52,123 bases of DNA, from NCBI GenBank assembly GCA_021846165.1, contig JAJZCL010000001.1:1-52123 (forward strand). Direction: 5' to 3'. The notes under the pieces were generated by a model, which saw only the letters and a program-made list of their open reading frames with translations, was not told where the DNA came from and searched no databases. How positions within the stretch are numbered: the first letter of the stretch is position 1; each line of letters opens with the position of its first letter. The position numbers and the translations under genes were made by a program. Positions 1-10,101 of the stretch are shown one piece after another. This stretch comes from Bacillota bacterium. Its GTDB lineage: Bacteria > Bacillota > Bacilli > Alicyclobacillales > SLC66.

Positions 1-717
1 CCGCATGCGTTGTTCCACCATCGCAAGCTGCACCCGATCATTGACGTTGGCGATATCCTCCGCATCTCTCATCATGATCGGCAGCACCCTGCCCCCCGCC
101 GCGCGAATGTGGGCGACACAATCGGTCAATAAATACTCCTCTTGCGCGTTATCCGACGTCATTTTCGGGAGAGCCTGGAGTAGTTCCGCCGTCTGAAAAG
201 CGTAAATTCCGCTGTTCACCTCGCAGATTGCCTTGACTTCATCATCCGCATCCTTTTCCTCGACAATGCGATCCACGTCACCAGCAGGGTCGCGCACGAT
301 CCGCCCGTATGCGTAGGGATTGTCCACATGCGCCGTTAAGACCGTCGTCGCCCCGTTCGTTTCTGCCGCATCAACCAGCCGCAGTATGTCGTGACGGGAG
401 AGGAGCGGACTGTCCCCATATAATACCACCGTCAATGCGTCTGACGACAATTGGGGAATCGCTTGCATCACCGCGTGACCGGTTCCGAGCTGCTCGGTTT
501 GGCGCACGTAAACGACAGTATCCCCAAGCACGGCGCGTACCTGCTCTTCCAGCTTTCCCACCACCACCACCGTGCGCACAAACCCAACCGCCCGCATCTC
601 ATCCACAATGTGGGCAATCATGGGCTTCCCGCACACTTCATGCACCACCTTGTGACGGCGCGACTTCATTCGCTTACCCAGTCCCGCCGCCAAGATCACC
701 GCTATTCTCTCCGTAAC
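1..717 (-). CDS. glmU: Bifunctional UDP-GlcNAc pyrophosphorylase/acetyltransferase, N-terminal part (runs off the window edge)
   Basis: Minus strand reads (V)TERIAVILAAGLGKRMKS...KVVHEVCGKPM, the GlmU LAAGxGxRMKS motif; lies downstream of spoVG as in Bacillus. Start uncertain (GTT at 717 after GGAGG). Confidence 0.93.
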
Positions 718-810
718 GGTCGCCCTCCCAACGATGATTTCCGACCTCCATATGAAAACCACTTGCATTCTATCACATCTATGTGCAGTCTTACACGATT
801 CGACACACAT

Positions 811-840
811 AAATAACCGCCCAAACTCATTTGGGCGGTT
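811..840 (-). terminator. Intrinsic terminator after spoVG
   Basis: 11-bp inverted repeat aaccgcccaaa-ctca-tttgggcggtt, followed on the minus strand by ATTT. Confidence 0.7.
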
Positions 841-859
841 CATGTATTCCATTAATGCG

Positions 860-1141
860 CTACTCTTCAGCCACTTTCGATACCGACTCATTCTCCCGTA
901 AGTATTCCTGCAAGACGGCATCCTGTATCTTTTGCCGCGTGCTGGAAGTAATGGGGTGGGCAATATCGCGAAATTCGCCATCTGGGGTTCGTTTGCTTGG
1001 CATCGCGACAAACATGCCCGAATTGCCGTCAATGACCCGAATATCGTGGACGACAAACTCGTTGTCGAAAGTAATCGAAGCTATGGCCTTCATTCTTCCT
1101 TCAGTGGTGACTTTCCGTAAGCGTACGTCAGTAATATTCAC
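860..1141 (-). CDS. spoVG: Septation/sporulation RNA-binding regulator SpoVG
   Basis: [11 protein letters not shown]...[23 protein letters not shown] matches the SpoVG signature; synteny. Confidence 0.97.
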   Translation of the reverse strand: MNITDVRLRKVTTEGRMKAIASITFDNEFVVHDIRVIDGNSGMFVAMPSKRTPDGEFRDIAHPITSSTRQKIQDAVLQEYLRENESVSKVAEE

Positions 1142-1185
1142 CCCTGCTCACCGCCCTGCGATCAAAGTTCTGTCATTGGGTACGT

Positions 1186-1213
1186 ATTCCACATTCTTGT
1201 GGATAAATCCTTC
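1186..1213 (-). promoter_or_regulatory. SigH-type promoter of spoVG
   Basis: Minus strand GAAGGATTT-atccacaagaatgtg-GAAT fits the SigH consensus; spoVG is the classical SigH target. Confidence 0.7.
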
Positions 1214-1248
1214 TTCGCAGAGTCTAAAAAGTCAAAATTTTATGTTGC

Positions 1249-1629
1249 TTACAATTGTGCGATCACTTCGATCTCCACTTTGGCGTCGCGCGGTAGCCGT
1301 GCCACTTGCACCGTCGAACGAGCCGGGCGGTGTTCGCCAAAAAACTCGGCATATACCTTGTTGATCGTCTCAAAATCCGCCAAGTCCGACACGAATACCG
1401 TCGCTTTGACCACCCTAGCCGACGTCGCGCCCGCTGCCTGCAAAATCGCGTTCAGGTTCGCAAACACTTGCCGCGCTTGCGCTTCGGCATCACCCGTCAC
1501 CATTTGCCCGTCTGGAGTCAACGGAATTTGTCCAGACGTATAAAGCAAATCCCCCACCCGCACCGCCTGCGAGTACGGGCCGATCGCCGCCGGTGCGGCG
1601 TTGGTATGCAAAACCTTGATTTCTTCCAT
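1249..1629 (-). CDS. ridA: RidA/YabJ enamine-imine deaminase
   Basis: [11 protein letters not shown]...[12 protein letters not shown] motifs; follows purR. Confidence 0.95.
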   Translation of the reverse strand: MEEIKVLHTNAAPAAIGPYSQAVRVGDLLYTSGQIPLTPDGQMVTGDAEAQARQVFANLNAILQAAGATSARVVKATVFVSDLADFETINKVYAEFFGEHRPARSTVQVARLPRDAKVEIEVIAQL

Positions 1630-1643
1630 GTCAAACCCCCCGT

Positions 1644-2453
1644 TCAAGAATAATAATTGCCCGGCTCAATCACCACTCGCCTGATTGCCTCATCCATGTG
1701 CGCCAGCGAAAACAGAGAAATATAATCTGACACGAGCTTGTCCTCCGGTTCCGCCGTTTCCATAAAGATCCCGACCCCCACGACGAGCGCGTCAAATTCG
1801 CCCATCAGTCCCTTCATCGCCTTGACGGTTCCTCCCGCTTTCATAAAGTCGTCGACGATCAAAACCTTCGCTCCCTGTTTCAAAGTTCGACGGGAAAGTG
1901 ACATCGTCTGAATCCGACGGTCAGATCCAGACACGTAATTCACACTGACCGATGAGCCTTCAGTCACGCGGTGATCCCGGCGCGCGATCAGAAACGGGCA
2001 ATTGAGCGCCTGCGACGTCACCACTGCTAAAGGGATTCCCTTGGTTTCCACCGTCAACACCACGTCCGGCGCTTCCCCGGCAAACCGTTGCGCAAAAAGC
2101 ACACCTACCTTGCGCAACACATCCGGCTCGGCGAGCAGGTCGCTCATATACAAGTAGCCACCGGGCAGAATACGATCCCCGTGGCTCAATCTCTCGATGG
2201 CGTTGTTGACAAAACGATCCGCATCCGCCTCTGCAATCCCAGGTTGGTAAATCACCCCGCCCATGGCACCCGTTTGCGTGAACAGCCTGCCATCGCCATC
2301 CGCCTCCACCACCGCCCTGATGATGGCAAGGTCTTCGCTTAACGACGACTTGGCCGCATCATACTCTTCGGCCATTTCCGTCAACGACAACGGTTGACCG
2401 GGATGATCCAGCAACTGACGCGTCAGGCGTACAATCCGCTCACTCCTGCGCAT
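1644..2453 (-). CDS. purR: Pur operon repressor (Bacillus type, wHTH + PRT domain)
   Basis: MRRSERIV..., [27 protein letters not shown]. Confidence 0.96.
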   Translation of the reverse strand: MRRSERIVRLTRQLLDHPGQPLSLTEMAEEYDAAKSSLSEDLAIIRAVVEADGDGRLFTQTGAMGGVIYQPGIAEADADRFVNNAIERLSHGDRILPGGYLYMSDLLAEPDVLRKVGVLFAQRFAGEAPDVVLTVETKGIPLAVVTSQALNCPFLIARRDHRVTEGSSVSVNYVSGSDRRIQTMSLSRRTLKQGAKVLIVDDFMKAGGTVKAMKGLMGEFDALVVGVGIFMETAEPEDKLVSDYISLFSLAHMDEAIRRVVIEPGNYYS

Positions 2454-2543
2454 CCGCCGTGCTCCTCTCTATCCGTCCAGTCCAAATCTAAACCCGACTA
2501 TAACACTCCTAGAATTGCCACCGCAACCGAATGTTTAAGCGAT

Positions 2544-3392
2544 TTAGCACGTTTGGCAGAGAAACAATTCCTTTATCGCCGGACGCAGGCTGTTGAACGC
2601 TTTTTTTGCTTTTTGCTCTTTATCCGTAAGCCCAAAAACAGTCGGACCGCTCCCCGACATCAAACTGACCGTCATTCCCAGTCTGGCAAACTGATCCTTA
2701 ATCCGATCAATTTCCGGAAACCGCTGCAAGGTCACCGTTTCCAGCACGTTGCCCGCCGCTTCGGCCACTTGCTGCAACGAACCGCTTTGCAGCGCGGCGA
2801 TCATTGCGTGCGCACGCGGGTGATTGGTTACCTCGTCCAACTTCAAATCAGCGTAAATCTCCGCCGTGGAAACGGCAACAGGGGGTTTGGCCAGCAATAC
2901 CCAATACGCAGGTTGGAGCGGCAACGGTTCTACCCACTCGCCGCGACCGCGCACCAGCGCCGTTCCGCCATACACGCAGAACGGCACATCAGAACCCACG
3001 CGCGCGCCAATCGCGCTGATCTCCGACAAAGGCAGATCAAGTTGCCAAAGTCGGTTTAGCCCCCGCAACACCGCCGCCGCATTGGAGGATCCCCCCGCCA
3101 ATCCAGCCGCCACCGGGATGCGCTTGTCAATGTCGATGTGTACCCCTTCCTTGATCCCGCACACTTGACGCATCACCTGCGCCGCTTTATACGCCAGATT
3201 GCGCTCGTCTACAGGAAGAAAAGGGGTATTGATCGTCAGCGACACCCCTGCTTCGTCGCGTGGAAACAGCGTAATATAGTCGCTCAGATCGACCGTCTGC
3301 ATGATCGATTCCAGTTCGTGATACCCATCGTTCCGCTTGTGACGAACATCGAGGGAGAGGTTGATCTTAGCCCTGGCTCGTTCATAAATCAC
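2544..3392 (-). CDS. ispE: 4-diphosphocytidyl-2-C-methyl-D-erythritol kinase
   Basis: AKINLSLDV, IPVAAGLAGGSSNAAA (GHMP motif), MSGSGPTVF; GTG start chosen by RBS. Confidence 0.96.
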   Translation of the reverse strand: MIYERARAKINLSLDVRHKRNDGYHELESIMQTVDLSDYITLFPRDEAGVSLTINTPFLPVDERNLAYKAAQVMRQVCGIKEGVHIDIDKRIPVAAGLAGGSSNAAAVLRGLNRLWQLDLPLSEISAIGARVGSDVPFCVYGGTALVRGRGEWVEPLPLQPAYWVLLAKPPVAVSTAEIYADLKLDEVTNHPRAHAMIAALQSGSLQQVAEAAGNVLETVTLQRFPEIDRIKDQFARLGMTVSLMSGSGPTVFGLTDKEQKAKKAFNSLRPAIKELFLCQTC

Positions 3393-3443
3393 GCCCACAC
3401 CCCCTTGTTCCATATTACATGAAAACTGTACAAAATAGCACGA

Positions 3444-3468
3444 AATCCCCGCAATGTTCGCGGGGATT
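3444..3468 (-). terminator. Hairpin after cphA
   Basis: aatccccgc-aatgttc-gcggggatt inverted repeat 20 nt past the cphA stop. Confidence 0.6.
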
Positions 3469-3487
3469 GCAAAAAACTTTCGTCACG

Positions 3488-6124
3488 TCAGCGAACCTGA
3501 ATCAACTCCTGCTGAACTTGCGACAGATCCACCTCACGGCCACCGCGCTGTTCAATCAAATCGACCAGCGGCTGCAATTTTTCAAAAAACGCCACCAGTA
3601 CGCCTGCGTGATCAAAGTTGTCAAGCGCGTAGGCGAGTGCCTTACGTTCATTCAACACTTGCACGACGGACGTTTCTTTACGAACGCTGACCACGGCACA
3701 CTCGATCAGGTTTGCCACTTCGCCCGGCTGCCGCCCGCGCAAATCCGCGTCTTCTTTAATGACTAGCGGCGAAAAGTAGCGAGCCGCCATTCTGGCAGCG
3801 GCGGCGATGACCTTGTCGTCGCGGTCGCCGGGGTACCCGATGACCGCTGGCGTCATGCTCCGACTCCACCTTTGCACCATTTCTCCAATCGCCTTCATGC
3901 CGTCTTCATTGTGTCCATAGTCGAGGATCACTTTGAGTCCTGACGGCAATTCATACATCTGAACGCGTCCAGGGTTATGAGCAAACGGCTGAAAACTCCC
4001 CACCGCCGTCCTGCACGCGGATCTCGACACCCCAAGCTGCCTCGCGGCGGCAATCGCGCACAGCAAGTTGGCCACATGAAAATGCGCCGTTCCCTGTATG
4101 GTTAAGGGAATCTCGTCGATTTTTGCGATTGGCCACAGCAACGCGCCAGCGCCCTCGACCAGCCAACCATTGTGCTGGAAAAAAGCCTGTCCGCCAGCCG
4201 CCAAATGCTTTTTGATCACGGGCGAGTTTTCGTCCGTACCAATCCAGACGATGCGCACCTTAAAGCGCGGCGCCAGTTTGACCAGTTCCGCATCGTCCGC
4301 ATTCAACACGATGACACCGCTGTCGCGCACGCGTTCCGCAACGAGCGACTTGACATGCGCGATATCTTGCACCGTCGCAAGACCATCCTGCCCGATGTGA
4401 TCCCCCGTAATGTTCGTCAGCACCGCCACGTCCGCCCACTCATACCCTAGCCCCTCGCGCTGGATGCCGCCGCGGGCGGTTTCCAGCACCGCCACGTCCA
4501 CGGCGGGGTCTGACAACACCATATGGGCGCTTTTTGGCCCCGATGCGTCGCCCGCCCACACCAGATCAGCGCCGACGTACACGCCATCGGTCGTCGTCAT
4601 ACCGACCACCTTGTACACTTTTTGCAAAATGTGACGGAGCAAGCGCGTCGTCGTGGTTTTGCCGTTGGTGCCTGTGATGCTGACGATCGGCACATGCGTG
4701 GTACTGCCCAAGGGAAAGAGCGCCTCAATGATGGCGTCGCCAGCCGCCTGCGGTTCGCCGAAACTAGGGTAGTGGTGCATGCGAATGCCTGGCGCCGCAT
4801 TCACCTCGATGATGGTGGCGGGATCGGTGCCGTTGCCGATGTCGCGCACGATCATGTCGACGCCGCAAACGTCGAGTCCCACCACGGCTGCCGCTTTTTC
4901 TGCGGCGTGCGCATGAACGGAGTGCGTGCGTGCGGTGACGTCGATCGCGGTTCCGCCTGTACTCAAGTTGGCGCTGTCCCGCAGCATGACGACTTCACCT
5001 GCCGCCGGAATCTGATCCAGCGTCCGATTTTTTCTGGCGAGAAAGCGCAAAACGAACTCGTCAACCGGAATTTTCGTGAGCGGTTTCTCGTGATCATCGC
5101 CGCGCTTGGGATCGCGGTTCGCCGCGTCGACAAGTTCTTGCACCGTGTGTTCCCCATCGCCTACGACGTGCGCAGGCACGCGCTCTGACGCGGCGACGAA
5201 CCGCCCGTTCACAATCAGCAGGCGATACTGCTTCCCTTCCACCTGCTCTTCCATCACCACCTGTTGGGAAACCGTCCGGGCAAACTCATACGCCGCCCGC
5301 AGGTGAGTTTCGTCATCCAGTTCCAGCGTGATCCCTTGCCCCTGACAGCCGTTAATCGGCTTCACGACAACCGGCCTTTGCAGTTCGTGAAATAACGCGT
5401 GCGCCGCTGCGTACGAACTCGCCGTGCCTCCCTTTGGAACCCTCATCCCCACACCCTGCAACAGCAGCTTCGTCAATTCTTTATCGCTGGCAATGTCAAC
5501 GCCGATCGCCGAAGTCTGACTGGTCAGCGTAGCTTGAATCAACTTGCGGTACTTACCCGTTCCTAGCTGCACCAGGCTGCGCTGACCAATCCGCCGCACG
5601 GGAATCTGCCTGCGCCGCGCCGCCTCGACGATCGCCCTCGTGCTTGGTCCGAGATCCACTTCCGCCTGAATTTTCTGCACCCTTGACAACTCACCCGCTA
5701 CGTCGAACGCCCGCTTCTCTAACAGTGATTCGATTAGGTGAATGGCGATCGGGACCAGCAGCGGCGCCACGTACTTTGACTCCATTTCCATGACCACATC
5801 GTACAAATTCGGCGCGCTTGACACCCTCGTTCTGCCATACCGCACCTCATACCCGAGCCTATGTTCAAGTTCCAGCACTACGTGTTCGACGATATGGCCA
5901 AAGTACGTACCGCCACGCAAGCGTTCAACAAACCCGCCCGATCGCCCTAACCCGCAGTAGTGCGTGGCGATCCCGGGCAACTGCTCTAGTAAGCTGTCCA
6001 CAAATCCGGGAAATTGATGGCTTTCGCGTCCTGTCAAGTCTTCAAGATCCAGCTTCATCGCCAACACCGGTCGATGCAAGTACACGTTTGGCCCTTCCAA
6101 TAGACGCATTTCCGTCACTTTCAC
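3488..6124 (-). CDS. cphA: Cyanophycin synthetase
   Basis: 878 aa; N-terminal GTYFGHIVEHVVLEL, ATP-grasp (NLSTGG, EVNAAPG) and Mur-ligase domain (ITGTNGKTTT, ETARGG); translationally coupled to cphB. Confidence 0.95.
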   Translation of the reverse strand: MKVTEMRLLEGPNVYLHRPVLAMKLDLEDLTGRESHQFPGFVDSLLEQLPGIATHYCGLGRSGGFVERLRGGTYFGHIVEHVVLELEHRLGYEVRYGRTRVSSAPNLYDVVMEMESKYVAPLLVPIAIHLIESLLEKRAFDVAGELSRVQKIQAEVDLGPSTRAIVEAARRRQIPVRRIGQRSLVQLGTGKYRKLIQATLTSQTSAIGVDIASDKELTKLLLQGVGMRVPKGGTASSYAAAHALFHELQRPVVVKPINGCQGQGITLELDDETHLRAAYEFARTVSQQVVMEEQVEGKQYRLLIVNGRFVAASERVPAHVVGDGEHTVQELVDAANRDPKRGDDHEKPLTKIPVDEFVLRFLARKNRTLDQIPAAGEVVMLRDSANLSTGGTAIDVTARTHSVHAHAAEKAAAVVGLDVCGVDMIVRDIGNGTDPATIIEVNAAPGIRMHHYPSFGEPQAAGDAIIEALFPLGSTTHVPIVSITGTNGKTTTTRLLRHILQKVYKVVGMTTTDGVYVGADLVWAGDASGPKSAHMVLSDPAVDVAVLETARGGIQREGLGYEWADVAVLTNITGDHIGQDGLATVQDIAHVKSLVAERVRDSGVIVLNADDAELVKLAPRFKVRIVWIGTDENSPVIKKHLAAGGQAFFQHNGWLVEGAGALLWPIAKIDEIPLTIQGTAHFHVANLLCAIAAARQLGVSRSACRTAVGSFQPFAHNPGRVQMYELPSGLKVILDYGHNEDGMKAIGEMVQRWSRSMTPAVIGYPGDRDDKVIAAAARMAARYFSPLVIKEDADLRGRQPGEVANLIECAVVSVRKETSVVQVLNERKALAYALDNFDHAGVLVAFFEKLQPLVDLIEQRGGREVDLSQVQQELIQVR

Positions 6125-6945
6125 AGGAGTTCACCCCTCGTGAGGCGTTCTACGTCAGGCTGCCGCTCTCGAAGCATAAAGTGGTACCCTGTCGGCAATA
6201 CGTGCAGTTTTACCCCATACAGCGCCATCGGGTCGTTTTTTTTTAAGTGATCGATATTAGAAAAAAGCAGTGCCCCCGCGTCTACAATCACCACCGCGCC
6301 CCGACCGATAACGCGCAACTCATTGTCCTCGACAATCACCGCCGTGTCCTCGTCAATCCCCAGTCCTAGGTGATGCGGGTACATTGCGACCGCCGTGAGC
6401 AGTCTGCCCAGCCTGCCCCTTTGCGCAAAGTGCTGATCGATCACCACCCCGTCGATAAACTCCATCCCCGGCGCCATCGTCACGATGCCCAACCTCGGGT
6501 TGGTATCCCCACTGCCGTCGACGATCATCGTGCTACTCATCATCGAAGCCCCGGCACTCGTCCCCCCCAGCGCCAGTCCCTCATTGTGGCGCGTGTGCAA
6601 CACTGCGTCAACTTTGGTGCCACCCAGTAATTCGGTAATGCGGATTTGTTCTCCGCCTGTAAAAAAAACGCCTGTCGCTTCTGCAATCGCTTTACAGGCG
6701 CTTTCCCTGTTGGCCGCCTGTCGCGACGACACGTCGAACGTGCGCACATCCTCGACATTGAGGCGTCCGAAGGCATCGATGTACTCGGCGCCAACCTCGA
6801 CAGGCAGCTTGGTGGCCACCGTCATCACAACGACGCGCGCGTGCGTTCCGCCCGCAAGGCGAACGAACTCCCGCAAGATCGACATGTCCTCATGCTTGTC
6901 TTCCGCGCCGCCCACGATGACGAGGGGACCCTTGTGTCCGCTCAT
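6121..6945 (-). CDS. cphB: Cyanophycinase (peptidase S51)
   Basis: VGGAEDK, GGTSAGA nucleophile motif, IDQHFAQRGRLGRL, GIDEDTA. Confidence 0.95.
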   Translation of the reverse strand: MSGHKGPLVIVGGAEDKHEDMSILREFVRLAGGTHARVVVMTVATKLPVEVGAEYIDAFGRLNVEDVRTFDVSSRQAANRESACKAIAEATGVFFTGGEQIRITELLGGTKVDAVLHTRHNEGLALGGTSAGASMMSSTMIVDGSGDTNPRLGIVTMAPGMEFIDGVVIDQHFAQRGRLGRLLTAVAMYPHHLGLGIDEDTAVIVEDNELRVIGRGAVVIVDAGALLFSNIDHLKKNDPMALYGVKLHVLPTGYHFMLRERQPDVERLTRGELL

Positions 6946-7020
6946 GATTGTTAACCAACCTCCAAGGATTTCACGATTCAAAAGAGGCGGCCTTGGCCGC
7001 CTGGTCGCAACTCTCTCCGT

Positions 7021-7212
7021 TTAATGCAACGATCCGTTCGGTCGGTTGGCTAAGGCCTCCTCCGCGATCTCAATCGCGCGCTTGACCATGTTCCCGGCAT
7101 CGCGCGTGGTGATTCCTCCCCAACCCTCACGCATGAGAGTGGGGTAGAAGCCCAATTCTTTGGCCAATTCATACTTGAGCGCGTCCGACATCATACTCCG
7201 CCTTCGCCCCAT
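7021..7212 (-). CDS. sspF: Small acid-soluble spore protein SspF
   Basis: [22 protein letters not shown]...[18 protein letters not shown]; downstream of veg. Confidence 0.93.
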   Translation of the reverse strand: MGRRRSMMSDALKYELAKELGFYPTLMREGWGGITTRDAGNMVKRAIEIAEEALANRPNGSLH

Positions 7213-7279
7213 GATCGAAACCCCCTTCGAGAAATTGCGTTCCTGTTGTATCATGCCCCCCCAAAAATTCGCTTATGCC

Positions 7280-7323
7280 AAAATCAAAAGGCCGCCCTCC
7301 GCCACACTGGCAGAAGACAGCCT
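7280..7323 (-). terminator. Intrinsic terminator after veg
   Basis: Minus strand aggctgtcttctgcca-gtg-tggcggagggcggcct followed by TTTGATTTT. Confidence 0.65.
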
Positions 7324-7374
7324 AAAAAACACAAAAGGTCTGAATCAATTCACTTCACATTGCTGATGGTTCGA

Positions 7375-7653
7375 TCAATCTGCGGCGCTACCGACTCGAA
7401 ACTGTTCGTCTTCTCGCAACACCAACAGTTCAACCGTTTCCGTTAAGACGTCGGCATAACTGTAGGAAACCCGCTTAAAGGAATTCGACGCTTGATCCAA
7501 CTTGATCACAAATACAGAGGGATAGGTTTCCTCCAGGACACCGGTCCGCTCTACCGTTTTGCGGCGCCCACCATTAGCCCGCAATAAAATCTTCTCCCCT
7601 ACAAGGGTTTCGAGATTGCGCCGAATATCCTGCAAAGCGTTCTTTGCAGTCAC
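7375..7653 (-). CDS. veg: Veg protein
   Basis: [23 protein letters not shown]...[16 protein letters not shown]. Confidence 0.96.
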   Translation of the reverse strand: MTAKNALQDIRRNLETLVGEKILLRANGGRRKTVERTGVLEETYPSVFVIKLDQASNSFKRVSYSYADVLTETVELLVLREDEQFRVGSAAD

Positions 7654-7678
7654 CCACTCCACCTCTTTTCACTAATGG

Positions 7679-7746
7679 AGTGTAACACAAGCATAGTCCG
7701 TTGTCAAGAACGTGATATTATATCAGTGTATCTTTCATCTTGTCAA
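7679..7746 (-). promoter_or_regulatory. Tandem SigA promoters of veg
   Basis: TTGACA-18-TATAAT (7746-7717) and TTGACA-17-TACACT (7707-7679). Confidence 0.75.
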
Positions 7747-7753
7747 CACACTT

Positions 7754-8617
7754 TCAATAACGCGACCTCGGCAGGCCAATTCTGTACTTGCCGCGCGACT
7801 CAATACCGCCCAGTCCCTCCCTGCCGGTGATGGTCGATTGGACGACCTCGTAAATGTCGATGGTTTCCTGAATCGGGGTAAATGCGATTTTTTCCGCCAC
7901 CAGCACGGGGTCTAGGGCGTGAATCAAAATCCGATCGGGGGAACTCGCAAAATTCGCGCCCGCTTCCAGCAGTGCTTCAAAGTGAGATTGGCAGGCGCCG
8001 GCAAAAATAAACAACTCGTCACGACTGCGCTCATACCGCCTGGCGGCGCGCACCGCTTGCACGTAGTGATTGGAGTGTCGATATTGATCCATACGCAGCA
8101 TCTCTTGATGTTTCCCGTTACGCACCACGCTGTCATGACCCGTAATGACAAGGATATCCGGTTCGTACTCTTCCAGCAGTTTGGGCATAAAGCGCACCAT
8201 ATCCGCCTCCGGAATGTTTTTTCCCACCGCGCGAATGTCTAATTTCTGGTAAGTGTGCAGGCATTTCTCAAGGTATTGACCATCCCCGTCAAGGTGCAAA
8301 ACGCGCCCCGGCATCTCAAAAAAATCATCCAATTGCCGCTTTTGCCCCATGCGATGATCGGATTTTGCTTTTCCCAGTTGGCGACGAATCTGGATCTGGC
8401 GCAAGGACTCGTTTTCCAATTTGGCTTGCGCTAGGCGGTAAGTCATCATCTCATCCTTGCCGACGACCTCCAAATCGTCAAGCGGCGCATCGGCAATCAG
8501 TCGGACATCAAGCCCCTTGAGGGTTGCGGTGCCTGACTCTACATCGACAACATCCACCACAAACCAAACGTCCTTGCCATACGACTTTCTGACCACAAGA
8601 TCTCCTGATTTCCACAT
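7754..8617 (-). CDS. yabG: Sporulation-specific protease YabG
   Basis: GDLVVRKSY, PGRVLHLDGD, ITGHD, AGACQSHFE; synteny. Confidence 0.95.
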   Translation of the reverse strand: MWKSGDLVVRKSYGKDVWFVVDVVDVESGTATLKGLDVRLIADAPLDDLEVVGKDEMMTYRLAQAKLENESLRQIQIRRQLGKAKSDHRMGQKRQLDDFFEMPGRVLHLDGDGQYLEKCLHTYQKLDIRAVGKNIPEADMVRFMPKLLEEYEPDILVITGHDSVVRNGKHQEMLRMDQYRHSNHYVQAVRAARRYERSRDELFIFAGACQSHFEALLEAGANFASSPDRILIHALDPVLVAEKIAFTPIQETIDIYEVVQSTITGREGLGGIESRGKYRIGLPRSRY

Positions 8618-8703
8618 GCCAGAGCCTCCATCGACAGTCGCGCGTTCAGCCATCAGCTTATGTGCGATCGCCTATGGAGGTGACGGAAGCGATTCGTTTT
8701 GCC

Positions 8704-9183
8704 CTAAAACTTCGTATACCGATCCGCCACTTTAGAGGCGCCGAACGAATCGGGTTTGATACGGGCGGTATACCCGCTCTGCGTGATCCAGCCCGTTATC
8801 TCTTTGATGAGCGTTCTCGTTTCTCCTTCTTCGCCGATGTCGAGGTGAATCTCGATGGGCAGGTGATTCCCTCGCTTGCCCATCTCCATCTCAAGTTGCT
8901 GCACGACCTCCAACGCATAAGAGGCCTCCATAAAAATCCTTTGCTTAAACGAGAGTGTTTTTTTGTAGGGGCGTTTGAGAAAATAAAACCGCGCACCTTT
9001 CCCCACCCTGTGAATGACGATCGCCGTCACAAACAAGGCAAAGTGGTGCGCGGTGCGCGGTTGCGAATCGGATCCGACAATCAACCGGTACGTTCCGTCC
9101 GGGGCTTCTTCACAAAATCGCATGATATCGAGCGCCACGTCTTCCAGTGACATGGCTCCCTTTGTGGGACTGACAAACTGCAT
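8704..9183 (-). CDS. RNase H-like YkuK/DUF458 family protein
   Basis: FVSPTKG...LIVGSDSQ...TAIVIHRVGKGA...EIHLDIG...IKPDSFGASKVADRYTK pattern. Confidence 0.8.
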   Translation of the reverse strand: MQFVSPTKGAMSLEDVALDIMRFCEEAPDGTYRLIVGSDSQPRTAHHFALFVTAIVIHRVGKGARFYFLKRPYKKTLSFKQRIFMEASYALEVVQQLEMEMGKRGNHLPIEIHLDIGEEGETRTLIKEITGWITQSGYTARIKPDSFGASKVADRYTKF

Positions 9184-9207
9184 ACGACCTCACCGCCTAT
9201 TGGTTGG

Positions 9208-10101
9208 TCAGTCGCCGTCCTGAACAGCTTGATGCAGCGCGTGCGCCAGTGCGGCGAACTCCCGAATCGACAGCGTCTCGCCACGGCGCGACGGATCGAT
9301 CCCTGCTAATTTTACCCATTCTGTTAAAGAACCTTTCGACAAATTGTGAAATTCCCCTGCGAGTGCGTTGTTCAGTGTTTTTCGCCGCTGCGCAAACGCC
9401 CCTTTTACAACTCTAAAGAAGGTTTGGCGATCAACGCCTTGCGCGTCCGGGTGCGGCCTGATTCGTATCGAAACGACAGCCGAATCGACGCCCGGATTCG
9501 GCAGGAACGATGATGCGGGCACCGTCTGCAGCAAACGCGGCTCCCCATAGTACTGCACCGCCACGCTAAGCGCCCCGTACGTCTTGCCGCCCGGTGGTGA
9601 CGTCATCCGCTCGGCCACCTCTTTTTGCACCATCAACACCATCTTCTCAATCGGAAGCATGGCTTCCAGCACCATCATGACGATGGGCGTGGTGATGTAA
9701 TACGGCAAGTTCGCGACGAATCGATAGTCCCACACTCCCGAATCAGTTGCAAATAATGCAGGGTAATCGAATTGAAGCGCGTCTGCGGCGATGACCTCAA
9801 CCTGCGGATATGGACGCATGGTTTCGCGCAGTAGCGGCAGGAGGCGGCGGTCTTTTTCCAGCGCCACAACCTTCTCAAACCCAGCCTCCACAAGCGCCTG
9901 CGTAAGCGTGCCGACGCCAGGGCCAATCTCCAGTGCGGCAAGGCGTTTGCCGCTTTTTGCGTCAGACCTCGCCTCTTCCACAATAGCATGCAACACGCGC
10001 CCGTCAATTAAGAAATTTTGGCCGTATTGTTTTTTTAGCGTAAAGCCGTGCGCACGCAGGAGTTCTTTGACGACGGACGGTTGATAAAGCGGGGCGGTCA
10101 C
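9208..10101 (-). CDS. rsmA: 16S rRNA dimethyladenosine transferase KsgA/RsmA
   Basis: GQNFL, EIGPGVGTLT, ANLPYYITTP. Confidence 0.96.
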   Translation of the reverse strand: MTAPLYQPSVVKELLRAHGFTLKKQYGQNFLIDGRVLHAIVEEARSDAKSGKRLAALEIGPGVGTLTQALVEAGFEKVVALEKDRRLLPLLRETMRPYPQVEVIAADALQFDYPALFATDSGVWDYRFVANLPYYITTPIVMMVLEAMLPIEKMVLMVQKEVAERMTSPPGGKTYGALSVAVQYYGEPRLLQTVPASSFLPNPGVDSAVVSIRIRPHPDAQGVDRQTFFRVVKGAFAQRRKTLNNALAGEFHNLSKGSLTEWVKLAGIDPSRRGETLSIREFAALAHALHQAVQDGD

